Assembly: GCA_018819515.1 (NCBI GenBank)
Contig: JAHJPX010000003.1
Coordinates: 56,588 to 120,587, forward strand
Source of the DNA: Gammaproteobacteria bacterium
Lineage (GTDB): Bacteria > Pseudomonadota > Gammaproteobacteria > Burkholderiales > Rhodocyclaceae
Direction of reading: 5' to 3'
DNA length: 64,000 nucleotides
Shown here: in pieces, positions 1 through 12,359 of the stretch
How the letters are laid out: each line of letters begins with the position of its first letter
Position numbering within the stretch: the first letter of the stretch is position 1
Made by a program: the position numbers and the translations under genes
Notes under the pieces: model-generated
Database searches by the model: none
Told to the model about the DNA's origin: nothing
The model's input: only the letters and a program-made list of their open reading frames with translations

Positions 1-1827
1 GCAACATTGTCGTCCGACCAGCTTCAACTGGTTGATTTCAACGACATGGACGAGCAGATTGCCGTCAAGGGGCTCGCCAGTCGCCTGCAGGACGGCTGCG
101 AGGAAGGTTTGTTCGCTGCCGGCCGACGGCTCTCGTTTCTTGCCGGCCGGGACGATACAGTATGGTCGCTGGAGACAGTGCTTGCCGAGGCTGCCTACGC
201 CGCGTTGAAGGAGTCCGAATTGCCGGCACCGTTGCGCCTGGAGGTGCTGGGTGGTCTAGACCGCCGAAGCGTCAAGATACTGGGCCCGGTGGTTCACGAT
301 CTCAACGCCTTCCTGGTGGGGCGTCGTGTGTTGCCGACCGTGCGTCGCAGCTACACTCGGGTCAAGCGGGAAAAAGCGGATGGCAGCGGTTCCTCCGATG
401 CGACCGCAGGCACAAGCGGAGATGTTTTCGCGCTTCTTCAGCGCCTCGTACCTTCGACAACGGCCGGGGGTGCGCCGATTTCGGCCGGGCCGGCGGTGCC
501 GATGTCTCCCGAAGCTATGGCGGTGGCGATGCAGCGCGTGATGGCCTCGCTCGATTCGTTGCAGCACGTCCTGCCACAGATATCCGAGACAACGCCTTCC
601 ACCAATATTTTGCGCGAGTTTCGTGGCAGTGACGTTGGCCAGAATCTCGACCATCTTGATGCTGTGACAGTGGACATTGTCGCGACGCTGTTCGACTTCA
701 TTTTTGACGACAAGTCGGTTTCCGATCCGATCAAGGCATTGATCGGACGGCTGCAAATTCCCGTACTGAAGGTGGCGATGCTGGACAAGACTTTTTTCTC
801 CAGCAAACAGCACCCGGCCAGGCGTCTTCTCGACAGCCTCTCCCGCGCGGCGGCGCGTTGCGGACCCGAGGTTGGCCATACGGATCCGCTCTACGCGCAT
901 ATTTCCTCGATCGTTGAGCGCCTGCAATCGGAGTTCAAGCAGGATGCGCGTCTGTTCGATGTGCTGTGTGGCGAGTTGAACGACTTCCTTGAGCAGCAGG
1001 AAAGCGAGGCCGATGCCTGGGCGCTAAAGGCGGCGCCGCTGGTCGCCGAGCAGGAGCGACGCGAGCTTGCCGCGGTTGCCGCGGATGCGGTGCTGGCGGG
1101 CTGGCTGACTTCGTCGCTACCGGAGCCGGTTGCCGATCTGCTGACAACCGAATGGCGGACGCTCCTGGTCCGCCATTATCTGAGCGACAATACAGAAGGA
1201 TGGGAATCGGCGGTAGCGACCGCAGCCGATTTGGTGGCGAGCGTGGAGCCTGTTTCCGACGCGACGGGGCGCAGGGAACTGGCATCCAAGTTGCCGACTT
1301 TGGTGAAGCGGATCCACGATGCGCTCGATCAGGCCGGGGTTACCATGGAGCGGCGGGTATCGTTGCTCGATTGCCTGTTCAGCCTCCATGCTGCGGTGTT
1401 GAGGGGAGCTACGCCCCCGGAGGCCACGATGTGGTCGCCTCCCGAGACGCCTGCCGGACCGGCGATCGTCGCCGAGTCGATCGAGACCGGTGGCGCGATG
1501 CTCCAGAGCATGTCCCTGGTTGACTCGGCCAATGTTCCGGTGCTCGAGGAGGACAGCGACTCGCAGCGTCATGTCGACGAGTTGCAGCGCGGCGATTGGG
1601 TCGAGTTTCCCGGCGGCGAGTCGGGTCCCATTCGTTATCGCCTGTCCTGGGTCAGTCCGGAACGAGGCATTCTGCTGTTCACCAATCCCCATTCACCACG
1701 CGCACTGTCCATTGCGCCGGCTGCGTTGGCCCTGCAACTGGAACGCGGCGAAGCGATGATTGTTCCGGTCGAGCCGATCTTTGAACGGGCGGTAACCCGG
1801 GCTCTGGAGACATTGAAGGCCGCCTGA
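1..1827 (+). CDS. DUF1631-like protein, 5' end probably outside window
   Basis: Track ORF 7..1827. The frame stays open to base 1. The C-terminal block RGDWVEF..IRYRLSWVSPERGILLFTN matches my memory of DUF1631 proteins. No other domain recognised. Confidence 0.45.
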   Translation, partial: ATLSSDQLQLVDFNDMDEQIAVKGLASRLQDGCEEGLFAAGRRLSFLAGRDDTVWSLETVLAEAAYAALKESELPAPLRLEVLGGLDRRSVKILGPVVHDLNAFLVGRRVLPTVRRSYTRVKREKADGSGSSDATAGTSGDVFALLQRLVPSTTAGGAPISAGPAVPMSPEAMAVAMQRVMASLDSLQHVLPQISETTPSTNILREFRGSDVGQNLDHLDAVTVDIVATLFDFIFDDKSVSDPIKALIGRLQIPVLKVAMLDKTFFSSKQHPARRLLDSLSRAAARCGPEVGHTDPLYAHISSIVERLQSEFKQDARLFDVLCGELNDFLEQQESEADAWALKAAPLVAEQERRELAAVAADAVLAGWLTSSLPEPVADLLTTEWRTLLVRHYLSDNTEGWESAVATAADLVASVEPVSDATGRRELASKLPTLVKRIHDALDQAGVTMERRVSLLDCLFSLHAAVLRGATPPEATMWSPPETPAGPAIVAESIETGGAMLQSMSLVDSANVPVLEEDSDSQRHVDELQRGDWVEFPGGESGPIRYRLSWVSPERGILLFTNPHSPRALSIAPAALALQLERGEAMIVPVEPIFERAVTRALETLKAA

Positions 1828-1877
1828 CCACGGCCGCGGCAGTTCGCGGTGATACCATTGACGGCGGAGACGCCGCC

Positions 1878-3053
1878 ATGAACCACGACCATTCCCTCGA
1901 CGAATTGCATCAGCGGATTGCCGCATTGCGGCGTGATCTGCATGCCCATCCCGAACTTGCCTTCAGCGAAGCGCGTACCTCCGATGCGGTTGCCGCTGCC
2001 CTGACCCGGCTCGGCATCGAGGTGCATCGCGGTCTGGCGAAAACCGGCGTGGTGGGACGGTTGCGCATGGGGTCGGGCGAAGGGCCGGCCATCGGGCTGC
2101 GTGCCGACATGGATGCGTTGCCGCTGGAGGAATTGAATTCCTTCCCGCATCGTTCCCGGCACGAAGGCCGCATGCATGCTTGCGGCCACGACGGGCACAC
2201 GGCAATGTTGCTCGGTGCGGCTGAGGTCTTGGCCGCCCGGCGAGAAGGCGGGCCCAACGGTATCGTCCATTTCATTTTCCAGCCGGCGGAAGAGCATGAA
2301 GGCGGTGGTCGCGTGATGGTCGAGGAAGGCCTGTTCGAGCGCTTTCCAATGGAACGCGTGTTCGGCCTGCATAACTGGCCCGGGCTGCCCGCAGGCCGTT
2401 TTGCCGTCATGGCCGGGCCGATCATGGCGGGTACGGATCGCTTCGACATCACCATCACCGGTCGCGGCGGCCATGCGGCCATGCCGCACCAGGCCAGGGA
2501 TACGGTCCTCGCCGGTGCGGCGCTGGTGCAGAGCTTGCAATCCCTGGTCAGCCGTTCGGCCGATCCCTTGGAGCCGGCGGTCGTCAGCGTGACGCGCTTC
2601 CATGCCGGCCATGCGGACAACGTGTTGCCGGAAACCGCCGAGCTCGGCGGCACGACGCGAGCCTTCGACCCCGAGACGCAGGAAATGCTGGCGACGGGCA
2701 TGCGCCGGATTTGCCAGGGCATCGAGCTTGCGCATGGCGTCGAGATCCGGTTGCAATACCGGCGGGGCTATCCACCGACCATCAACGACGCGGGGGCGAC
2801 GCAGCTATGCCGCGAAGCGGCGGCCGAGGTGAGCGGCGGCGAACAGGCGCTGGTCGCAGCGAAGCCGAGCATGGGCGCCGAGGATTTCGCCTACTTGTCG
2901 AACGTCGTGCCGGGCTGCTACGTCTGGCTGGGCAACGGGCCGGGCGAGGGCGGCTGCATGCTGCACAGCCCGCATTACGACTTCAACGACGCCGTTATCC
3001 CGACCGGTATCCGCTATTGGGTGCGGCTGGCGGAGAAGGCGCTCACGCCCTAA
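1878..3053 (+). CDS. M20D-family amidohydrolase (hippurate hydrolase / N-acyl-amino-acid amidohydrolase type)
   Basis: 391-aa ORF with LHAHPELAFSE, HACGHDGH and FQPAEE motifs typical of M20 metallo-amidohydrolases. Confidence 0.8.
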   Translation: MNHDHSLDELHQRIAALRRDLHAHPELAFSEARTSDAVAAALTRLGIEVHRGLAKTGVVGRLRMGSGEGPAIGLRADMDALPLEELNSFPHRSRHEGRMHACGHDGHTAMLLGAAEVLAARREGGPNGIVHFIFQPAEEHEGGGRVMVEEGLFERFPMERVFGLHNWPGLPAGRFAVMAGPIMAGTDRFDITITGRGGHAAMPHQARDTVLAGAALVQSLQSLVSRSADPLEPAVVSVTRFHAGHADNVLPETAELGGTTRAFDPETQEMLATGMRRICQGIELAHGVEIRLQYRRGYPPTINDAGATQLCREAAAEVSGGEQALVAAKPSMGAEDFAYLSNVVPGCYVWLGNGPGEGGCMLHSPHYDFNDAVIPTGIRYWVRLAEKALTP

Positions 3054-3802
3054 AGGACAAGACGGCCGCCCATGCAGGCGTGCCAGCCTTCGAGGCGTGT
3101 CACCGTCGGCAGCAGGTTGAGGCCGGTTGCCTTGTTCAGCGTTCGCGCGGATGCCCGCAGTTCCGCCAGCCGAAAGTCGATCGTGTCGCCCGTTGCGGCG
3201 AATGCGACGGTGTTGCCGGAATCGCAGGAGGGAAACGCCAGCGCGCGGCCGTCGAAGGCCTCTGTCAGGCGCTCCACGCTGCGCATGACATTCCTGCTGC
3301 GGCTCAGGAGATTGGTGGCGAGCAGGCCCTGTTCGGTGAGCAGGGCGCGGCAGTTGGCGTAGAACGGCGCGGTTTCGAGCATACCGGTGCGGGCCTTGTC
3401 GTCGAAGCCGTCGACCATGATCAGATCGAAGCGCTTCTTGCACCCGGCAACGTAATCGGCGCCGTCACCGATCACGATATTGAGGCGCTGATCCTCCTCC
3501 GGCAACTTGAAGTGCTGGCGGGCGGCGGAAACGACCGCCAGTTCGATTTCGACCACAGTCAGTTTCGAGTTCGGGCGATGGCGATGCAGGAACTTGGTCA
3601 GCGAAGCAGCGCCCAGGCCGATCAGCAGCGCCTTACGCGGCCAGTTGGCCTCCGGGCGCAGCAACAGGCTCGCCATCATTTCCTTGGTGTAGTCCAGTTC
3701 CAGCGCAAACGGGCGGGCGATGCGCATCGCTCCCTGGACCCAGTCCGAGCTGAAGTGCAGATAGCGGATCCCCGCTTCCTCGCTGACGAGAATCTCTACC
3801 AT
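3050..3802 (-). CDS. Spermidine-synthase-like SAM-dependent methyltransferase-fold protein
   Basis: 250-aa ORF. It has an N-terminal RYLHF..QGAM block, an LLIGLGAASL glycine-rich loop and DLIMVDGFD, as in spermidine-synthase-like proteins. Its start overlaps the hslO stop by 1 nt. Confidence 0.55.
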   Translation of the reverse strand: MVEILVSEEAGIRYLHFSSDWVQGAMRIARPFALELDYTKEMMASLLLRPEANWPRKALLIGLGAASLTKFLHRHRPNSKLTVVEIELAVVSAARQHFKLPEEDQRLNIVIGDGADYVAGCKKRFDLIMVDGFDDKARTGMLETAPFYANCRALLTEQGLLATNLLSRSRNVMRSVERLTEAFDGRALAFPSCDSGNTVAFAATGDTIDFRLAELRASARTLNKATGLNLLPTVTRLEGWHACMGGRLVL

Positions 3803-4650
3803 TAATGCAACGTGCGCGCAGCGGGCGGGAACAAGACGTCCAGAATTTCCGCACCGTAGCGGTATTCCTGGTTGCAGATGTCGTCGCTGATGACCATCTC
3901 GCCATGTTCGGCCAGCGCGGCCTCGATTTCGGCCCGGCCGAGCAAGCGCAGCATTTCCAGCACCTTATCCTCGTCGCGCGGGCAATGGAAGCTGACCGTG
4001 CGCGGCTCGAAGAGGCGAATGTCCTCGTCGGGAAAGAGACGCGTCAACAGTGTTTCCGCAGGCAGTGCCAGTTCTGCGGCGACGACGGTGGCGGCGAGTT
4101 GCTGGACGCGGTTCCAGCCGTCGGCATCGCGCGCGTCGGCGCCGGGAAGCCTTTGCAGGAAGAGTCCGCAGGCATGCGCGGCGTCGGCCATTAGCCACAG
4201 GCGGGATGGCGTCTGTTCCGACTGCATGAGGTAGTGCTCGAATACCGCCGCCACGGTATTGCCGGCCAGCGGCACAATGCTCTGATAGGGCTCGCGTGCG
4301 TTGTTGGTGTCCAGGGTCAGCGCCAGTTGGCCGTCGCCGAACAGTTCGGAGATGGGCGCGGTGGCAAGGTCCGCCGGCGTCTTGGCAATGCCGCGCAGGC
4401 GCAACTGCTCGTCGCAATCGACCAGCAATAGCCGCACCGGACCGTGGCCGCGCAAGTGGAAGGTCAGCCGCCCCGGCGTCTTCAGCGTACTGGCGATGAT
4501 CGTCGTCACTGCAGCGAGTTCGCCGAGCAGGGCGCGCGTCGTCTCGCCATATCCGCGCTCGGCCTGCATCTGCCGCCAGGCGGGGCCGAGCTGCACCAGC
4601 GCGCCGCGGATGTCGAGGTCTTCGAACAGAAAGCGGCGAACGACATCCAT
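3802..4650 (-). CDS. hslO: Hsp33-like chaperonin
   Basis: Internal Met of track ORF 3802..4971. MDVVRRFLFEDLDIRGALVQLG is a typical Hsp33 N-terminus. The ATG at 4648-4650 overlaps the upstream ArsC-family stop by 1 nt. Confidence 0.75.
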   Translation of the reverse strand: MDVVRRFLFEDLDIRGALVQLGPAWRQMQAERGYGETTRALLGELAAVTTIIASTLKTPGRLTFHLRGHGPVRLLLVDCDEQLRLRGIAKTPADLATAPISELFGDGQLALTLDTNNAREPYQSIVPLAGNTVAAVFEHYLMQSEQTPSRLWLMADAAHACGLFLQRLPGADARDADGWNRVQQLAATVVAAELALPAETLLTRLFPDEDIRLFEPRTVSFHCPRDEDKVLEMLRLLGRAEIEAALAEHGEMVISDDICNQEYRYGAEILDVLFPPAARTLH

Positions 4651-4997
4651 CACTTGACGAAGCTGGCGAACATGGCCGGATCGAAGCCGACCAGCAACTG
4701 GCCGCTGGCTGTTTCGACCACGGGGCGCTTGATGCAGCTTGGGAAATCCATCATGGTCGCTACTGCCTTGCTCTGCGTCGTGATGTCCTGTTGCTCGGGC
4801 GTCAGCTTGCGGAACGTCGGACCGCGCGTGTTGAGCAGCGTTTTCCAGCCGGCGGCCTGACACCATGCGACCAGCCGTTCGCGTGGTACGCCCTGTTTCT
4901 TGTAGTCGTGGAATTCGTAGGCGACGCCGCGTTCTTCGCACCAGGCGAAAGCCTTCTTCATCGTGTCGCAATTCTTGATGCCGTAGATCCTGTTCAT
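4650..4997 (-). CDS. ArsC/Spx-family protein (YffB-like)
   Basis: 115-aa ORF. IYGIKNCDTMKKA..W is the characteristic single-Cys N-terminus of YffB/ArsC-family proteins. Confidence 0.75.
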   Translation of the reverse strand: MNRIYGIKNCDTMKKAFAWCEERGVAYEFHDYKKQGVPRERLVAWCQAAGWKTLLNTRGPTFRKLTPEQQDITTQSKAVATMMDFPSCIKRPVVETASGQLLVGFDPAMFASFVK

Positions 4998-5004
4998 GTT
5001 AGGC

Positions 5005-7311
<2,307 letters not shown>

Positions 7312-7387
7312 GGAAATAAAGGGGTGAATCGATGCGGGGCGCGAACCTTACCTCAGCCCGAGGCGACCGACAAGGCTTGACGAATCG

Positions 7388-9286
7388 TCAATAACCCTCG
7401 CAAAAAGCCTGTACGCGGCTGAAGTCCGCGCGGGCCAAGTCTTCTTCGTGGATCATGAAATACAGCATACCGGTATCCGTTCCCCACATGAATTCGTCGT
7501 CGCTGTCGATCTGGAGCAGTAGACGCCAGCCTCGGGCTTCCCTGCCGTCGTTGGCCAACGCGGCGGCCTGCTTCGCCGGGTCGAACGATTGCAACAAAGT
7601 CGGATATCCGCCGAGGCGGTGTCCGGACGGAAGTCCTTCGGGAAAACGGCTATCGAGGAAATTCTGATATTCCGCAACCTCATTGTCGGGAAGCAGGTGT
7701 GCTTGCACGACGGCCGCATCGATGGCTGGCAGGTCGGTACGATCCTTTGCCAGGCGTATCCCTTGCGGTTTGCGGTTGGTGGCGAGGTGTCGGGCGGCTG
7801 AGGTAGCGACTTCCGGCGTCCAGAGTACGTGCGTGGCGATGGGCTCGAAGTCGTCAGTCAAGGCTTCGCCTTCGTCGTTTTCCGCGGCGTAGAACGCCAG
7901 CTGCCCATGGTCCGGCAAGCCGATGTCCGCCGCGGTAGCGGCCACTTCGGCGAGATCGATCTGACACAAGAGCGTCATCGGCTTGCCGTTGTGCTCAGGA
8001 AGCGGGGTATCCGGCGGCAGGTCGGCGTGGCCGTAGAAGTGCGACCGGCGATCGGGTTTGTATTTGCTCGGGCGCAAGGCGATGGCCGGACGTCGCCAAG
8101 TCTCCAGCAAGGCCTTGTAGACGGGCGGTTGGGTCCGCTTCGCCGCCTTGGCCGGTAGCGCGGCTTGCCATTCCAGGGATGTGGCGGGGAAGCTTTGAAC
8201 CCTGCCTTGGTTCAGGGTGACGAATCCGTCGTCCAGCGCGCAGCTTGCCGGCAGGAAACGGACTTTCACACCTGTTTCTTCCTGGTGCAGCGGCGCTTCC
8301 TCCCGGGGCATGAGGTGATCGACGAGCGAATGCGCCCGTCGGTCGATATCGATCAGCCACGTGTGTTCCCAAGCCATGGCCAGCAGGTAACGACCATTCG
8401 GTGATATCGAAAGCGCGAACTGCGAGCGATGTACCGGTGGCGTGACACGCAGGGCTGCGATGCTGGTGCAGCCATTGTCGATGACTTCGATGAGCCCACT
8501 GTGGTCCGCGGTTGCGAAACGGTCGACATTTGCCGCGGCGGCAATGCCGGCATAGCCCTTGCGGGCGTGACGCGGTTTACCTGCCAGCAGATCGCCTGAC
8601 CCTGCTAGCGGGAAGCTACGAATCTGTCCGGTTTCGCGATTGCGAAGATAAAGATGTGTCGCCGAGAAGGCAACGTCATCCCGGACAAGGTTGTCGATGT
8701 CCGGCAATGCCAGTTCCAATATGGTGCCAGTGAAGCGAAACAGCCGGAAATCGGCATGGATCGCAATCTTGGCAAACCCATTGCCCGAGGCGTACAAGAA
8801 CAGCCCGGTGTCCAGCAGGTAGTCCCGTATGTGGATGCCTAGACGCTGCATGAGGTCATCGGCCGTCTCTTCAGTCAGGACGGTGTTGGTCACAATATCG
8901 ACGACGCGCAAGAGTGCCGGACCGACATTGCCGGCAAAGACCAGTAGAGCGCGTCCCTGGCCGAGATCGCCCGCATGCTGGGGAAGCTGCACGTAGTTGG
9001 CGGTCGCTTGATCCACCTGCCAATTCAGTTTGTCGCCCGCCACGGCAGGCAGGTTAGGGTAGGTGTCGCGCATTTTGGTGATGGTGCGCGTCACGGCTTC
9101 GTGAGATAACGAACGGCTGCACAGGTCGAAGCGATCATGTTGCCGGCCATCGCCGTCGCGCCAATAGGCGTAACCGATATTGCGCGCAGGCAAGGGCAGG
9201 GCGCAGGTACCGCAAAACTCTGTGGTAAGGGCCAGAAGGCCATGTGATCCCAGATTGACGAGGTGTTCGTGAAGTGCGAATTGCAT
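7388..9286 (-). CDS. DUF1963 (YwqG-like) domain protein with long N-terminal region
   Basis: 632-aa ORF. The C-terminal third (LLCQIDL..GQLAFY...GHRLGGYP...LLLQIDSDDEFMWGTDTGMLYFMI) looks like DUF1963. The N-terminal about 400 aa was not recognised. Confidence 0.5.
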   Translation of the reverse strand: MQFALHEHLVNLGSHGLLALTTEFCGTCALPLPARNIGYAYWRDGDGRQHDRFDLCSRSLSHEAVTRTITKMRDTYPNLPAVAGDKLNWQVDQATANYVQLPQHAGDLGQGRALLVFAGNVGPALLRVVDIVTNTVLTEETADDLMQRLGIHIRDYLLDTGLFLYASGNGFAKIAIHADFRLFRFTGTILELALPDIDNLVRDDVAFSATHLYLRNRETGQIRSFPLAGSGDLLAGKPRHARKGYAGIAAAANVDRFATADHSGLIEVIDNGCTSIAALRVTPPVHRSQFALSISPNGRYLLAMAWEHTWLIDIDRRAHSLVDHLMPREEAPLHQEETGVKVRFLPASCALDDGFVTLNQGRVQSFPATSLEWQAALPAKAAKRTQPPVYKALLETWRRPAIALRPSKYKPDRRSHFYGHADLPPDTPLPEHNGKPMTLLCQIDLAEVAATAADIGLPDHGQLAFYAAENDEGEALTDDFEPIATHVLWTPEVATSAARHLATNRKPQGIRLAKDRTDLPAIDAAVVQAHLLPDNEVAEYQNFLDSRFPEGLPSGHRLGGYPTLLQSFDPAKQAAALANDGREARGWRLLLQIDSDDEFMWGTDTGMLYFMIHEEDLARADFSRVQAFCEGY

Positions 9287-9361
9287 GGACTTGATTCCTG
9301 CTATCCGACCGAATGGATGCGGCTGACATCATAGCCGCATCGTCTTCTGGACAGTCCGGGC

Positions 9362-9766
9362 TCAGGTCTTCTTTTCGAGTTTCAGTGAGGCCGAGTTGAT
9401 GCAGTAGCGTTGTCTCGTCGGTGCCGGGCCATCCGGGAAGACGTGGCCGAGATGCGCCCCGCATTGCGCGCAGGTGACCTCGGTGCGGATCATGCCGTGG
9501 CTGCGGTCAACGTGCTCGTCGACGCCGTCCTTGTCCATGGGTGCGGTGAAGCTTGGCCAGCCGCAACCGGCGTCGAACTTGGTTTCCGAGGCGAACAGCG
9601 GCGCGCCGCAGCAGATGCAGCGGAAGGTGCCATCGTCGCGGCTGGCCCAGTACTCACCGGTGAAGGCCCGCTCAGTGCCTTTCTCGCGGGTGACGTGGTA
9701 TTGCATGTCGGTGAGTTGTTCGCGCCATTCGGCGTCGGTCCTAATGACTTTGGCGATCTTGGGCAT
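9362..9766 (-). CDS. msrB: Peptide-methionine (R)-S-oxide reductase
   Basis: 134-aa ORF with CxxC..CxxC zinc site and the GWPSF / RYCINS catalytic motifs. Confidence 0.9.
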   Translation of the reverse strand: MPKIAKVIRTDAEWREQLTDMQYHVTREKGTERAFTGEYWASRDDGTFRCICCGAPLFASETKFDAGCGWPSFTAPMDKDGVDEHVDRSHGMIRTEVTCAQCGAHLGHVFPDGPAPTRQRYCINSASLKLEKKT

Positions 9767-9809
9767 GGTGGCGTTAACATTCGCATGAAGACGGAGGAAG
9801 AGACAAGAA

Positions 9810-11054
9810 ATGCGTGTATTGGTTCTCGGTGGCGGTCTGGTCGGCGTTGCCTCGGCATGGTACCTGAGCGGGGATGGCCACGAAGTGGCCGTGGTCGATC
9901 GTCAGCCCGGCGTCGCGCTGGAGACGAGCTTCGCCAACGGTGGCCAGATTTCGACCAGCCATGCCGAGCCGTGGGCGAATCCCGGCGCGCCCTGGCTGGC
10001 GCTGCGCTCGCTGGGGCGCGAGGATTCGCCCTTGTTGTGGCGGATGCGCGCCGATCCGGCGCAACTGGTCTGGGGGCTGCGCTTCCTGCGCGAGTGTACG
10101 CCCGGCCGCACGCGGGACAACACCATCGCCATCCTGCGCCTCGCCCTGTACAGCCGGGCGCTGCTGAAGGAACTTCGCGCCTCGCTTGCCCTGGAATACG
10201 ACCAGCAGCCGCGCGGCATCCTGCATTTCTATACCGATCCGGCGGAGTTCGAGCGCGCCGTTCCGCAGGCGGAACTGATGCGCCAATACGGCTGCGAGCG
10301 CGTGATGAAAACGGCGGCCGAATGTCTGGCCATCGAGCCGGCGCTGGCTCGATCGAGCGTTCCCATCGTCGGTGGCACCTACACGGCGGACGACGAATCG
10401 GGCGATGCGCACAAGTTCGTGCAGGCGCTGGCCGAACACGGGAGGGCGCGCGGCGTGGCATTCCGCTTCGGCGCCGGCATCGCGGCGCTGCTGCGGGAGG
10501 GCGATCGCATCGCTGGCGTTCGCTTGGACAATGGCGAGACGCTGACGGCGGACGTCTACGTCGTCGCGCTCGGCAGCTACTCGCCGCTGCTGCTGAAACC
10601 GCTTGGCTTGCGGATTCCCGTCTTTCCGGTGAAGGGCTACTCGGCCACGTTTCCGCTGACGGCCGACAGCATCGCGCCCGTGGTGAGCCTGACCGACGAC
10701 GGCCACAAGATCGTTTTGTCGCGGCTTGGTGATCGCCTGCGCGTGGCCGGCACGGCCGAGTTCACGGGCTACGATACGTCGTTGAACGACGTGCGTTGCC
10801 AGGCGCTGGTGCGCCGGACGCGGGCGATATTTCCGGAATTGAAAAGCGGCGAACCGGAGCTCTGGACCGGCCTGCGGCCATCGACGCCGAGCAACGTGCC
10901 GCTGATCGGCGGCACCCGGCTATCGAATCTCTATCTCAACACGGGCCACGGCACGCTGGGCTGGACCATGGCCTGCGGTACGGGCAGGCTGCTCGCCGAC
11001 CTGCTGTCCGGCCGGGCGCCGGACATCGATCCCTCGGCGTACCGCCACGGCTGA
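9810..11054 (+). CDS. dadA: D-amino acid dehydrogenase small subunit
   Basis: 414-aa [25 protein letters not shown] fold, and NTGHGTLGW near the C-terminus. The last 5 codons and the TGA stop lie inside a 24-nt motif copy. Confidence 0.85.
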   Translation: MRVLVLGGGLVGVASAWYLSGDGHEVAVVDRQPGVALETSFANGGQISTSHAEPWANPGAPWLALRSLGREDSPLLWRMRADPAQLVWGLRFLRECTPGRTRDNTIAILRLALYSRALLKELRASLALEYDQQPRGILHFYTDPAEFERAVPQAELMRQYGCERVMKTAAECLAIEPALARSSVPIVGGTYTADDESGDAHKFVQALAEHGRARGVAFRFGAGIAALLREGDRIAGVRLDNGETLTADVYVVALGSYSPLLLKPLGLRIPVFPVKGYSATFPLTADSIAPVVSLTDDGHKIVLSRLGDRLRVAGTAEFTGYDTSLNDVRCQALVRRTRAIFPELKSGEPELWTGLRPSTPSNVPLIGGTRLSNLYLNTGHGTLGWTMACGTGRLLADLLSGRAPDIDPSAYRHG

Positions 11055-11059
11055 CTTTT
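11036..11059 (+). repeat. 24-nt motif copy, 0 mismatches
   Basis: Encodes the last codons (AYRHG) and the TGA stop of dadA. Its T-tract plus the next A forms the TAA stop of the convergent gene. Confidence 0.95.
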
Positions 11060-12233
11060 AGTGCAGGTGGCGGGGTGCGGCCTCGGCCTGCTCTTCGGGC
11101 AATTCGGCGTGGCTCGGTTCGCCTTCCGGGTTCGGGTAGAGCGGCGCGCCGCAATCGTCGCAGTACTCGATCGGGAAGCGATGGTCGAGCACGAGAATCT
11201 CGCGCAGGCCGGCTTCGCGCAGGACGGCCTCGATCTGCGCGGGCATGTCGGCGGCTTCGTCCTCGGCTTCGAGCAGGGGCCAGACGACGCCATGTATCAC
11301 GTCGCTCGATTCGCTGAGCGTAAAGCCGATGCGGAACTCTTCGAGCTGCCGATCGTGATAGGGCGCCAGCACGGCGCGCAAGTCGCTGGCGGCGACGTTG
11401 AGCGTCGTCTGCAGGAAGGCGACCGCCGCCCGCAGCGAGTAGGGGCGCGAGGCGCGGTCGGCGTCGCGGGCCGCGGCGTGGTAGGGCTGCGGCAGCAGCA
11501 ATTCCATGGCGCACGCCGGCAACAGCGGCCTGATAGCCTCGCCGCCCTGGCCGCGCCATTGCTTCAGCACCTCGATTCGCGAGCCGTCGTCCTCCTGCCA
11601 GCGGAACAGTGGTTCGCCGCGTGGTGCCGCTACGGCGCCGATCAGGTAGCGGGTGTCCGAGAGAAAGGCCGTCGTCTCTGCCAGGCTGCTCGCGTCGAGG
11701 TGGACATTCTTGCCATGCAGTGCGGCCTTGGCCAGCCGATCGGTGAGCTGCGTGGTTTCCGAATAGCTCTTCGGCAGCTGGTCCGGACTCCATAGATAGT
11801 CGGTCAGGCCAATTTTCGTTTCGGCGGCGAAGACGTGCGCCTGCAACTGCACGCGCAGGGTGTCGAGATGTGCGGGCGCGATCGGGCCGGAGGGAATGCC
11901 GAAACGCGACCACGCCAGAAGCGGTGCCGCGAAAAGCACGATGTCCTGCGGTGTCGCGGTATCGGGCCGGCGCGTTTCGCAACAGGCCTCGATCATGTCG
12001 GCGAGTTCGTCGTAGCTGCGATCGCTCACACCGTAGAGGTAGTCCAGCGTACCGTTGAGCGTGGCGTCGTCGCCGCCGGCCAGCAGCCGGTCGACCGCCG
12101 TCGCCAGTCGCTTCTGCCAGAATTCGTCTTCGATGCGGCAGGAGGATTGCGAGAGTTGGCCGGCGAGCTTCGCCAGTTCCTCGGTCGCGGGGTTGTGCTT
12201 GGTGCGGCGGGAATATCGATTGCGTTTCGTCAT
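11058..12233 (-). CDS. Conserved hypothetical protein (DUF2863-like)
   Basis: 391-aa ORF with normal codon bias. The family call is from memory of betaproteobacterial DUF2863 proteins (basic N-terminus, C-terminal CxxC). Weakly supported. Confidence 0.4.
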   Translation of the reverse strand: MTKRNRYSRRTKHNPATEELAKLAGQLSQSSCRIEDEFWQKRLATAVDRLLAGGDDATLNGTLDYLYGVSDRSYDELADMIEACCETRRPDTATPQDIVLFAAPLLAWSRFGIPSGPIAPAHLDTLRVQLQAHVFAAETKIGLTDYLWSPDQLPKSYSETTQLTDRLAKAALHGKNVHLDASSLAETTAFLSDTRYLIGAVAAPRGEPLFRWQEDDGSRIEVLKQWRGQGGEAIRPLLPACAMELLLPQPYHAAARDADRASRPYSLRAAVAFLQTTLNVAASDLRAVLAPYHDRQLEEFRIGFTLSESSDVIHGVVWPLLEAEDEAADMPAQIEAVLREAGLREILVLDHRFPIEYCDDCGAPLYPNPEGEPSHAELPEEQAEAAPRHLH

Positions 12234-12359
12234 GGGGCCTGGGCGCGGACGTGAGGTCGTCCGTTGGAAGTGGCGAGCATTCTAGCAGTTCGCGTTTTTG
12301 CCGACCCCGGCGGGAACTGACTGTTAGAATGTGTCAGTTTCGTTACAGCCGGTGATCCC

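Noticed and set aside
1088-1111. Possible extra motif relics with only the GCTGACTT core (1103-1112; also 55949-55958) or only the 5' two-thirds (14399-14414, GGCGTGCGCCACGGCT)
   Set aside because: The matches are too short or degenerate to distinguish from chance in G+C-rich coding sequence. They were not counted.
4651-4971. N-terminal extension of the hslO frame (track ORF 3802-4971)
   Set aside because: It overlaps the ArsC-family gene out of frame. The Hsp33 N-terminus begins at the Met at 4650.
9316-9341. Perfect 9-bp inverted repeat GATGCGGCT-N8-AGCCGCATC downstream of msrB, as a terminator
   Set aside because: No U-tract follows on the msrB (minus) strand. It may be a REP-like or processing hairpin, but a terminator call is not supported.
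12322-12352. Pho-box-like sequence (CTGACTGTTAGAATGTGTCAGTTTCGTTACAG) upstream of the PhoU-like/PiT genes
   Set aside because: It only loosely resembles the CTGTCAT direct-repeat consensus as I remember it. I cannot support it without a matrix search.
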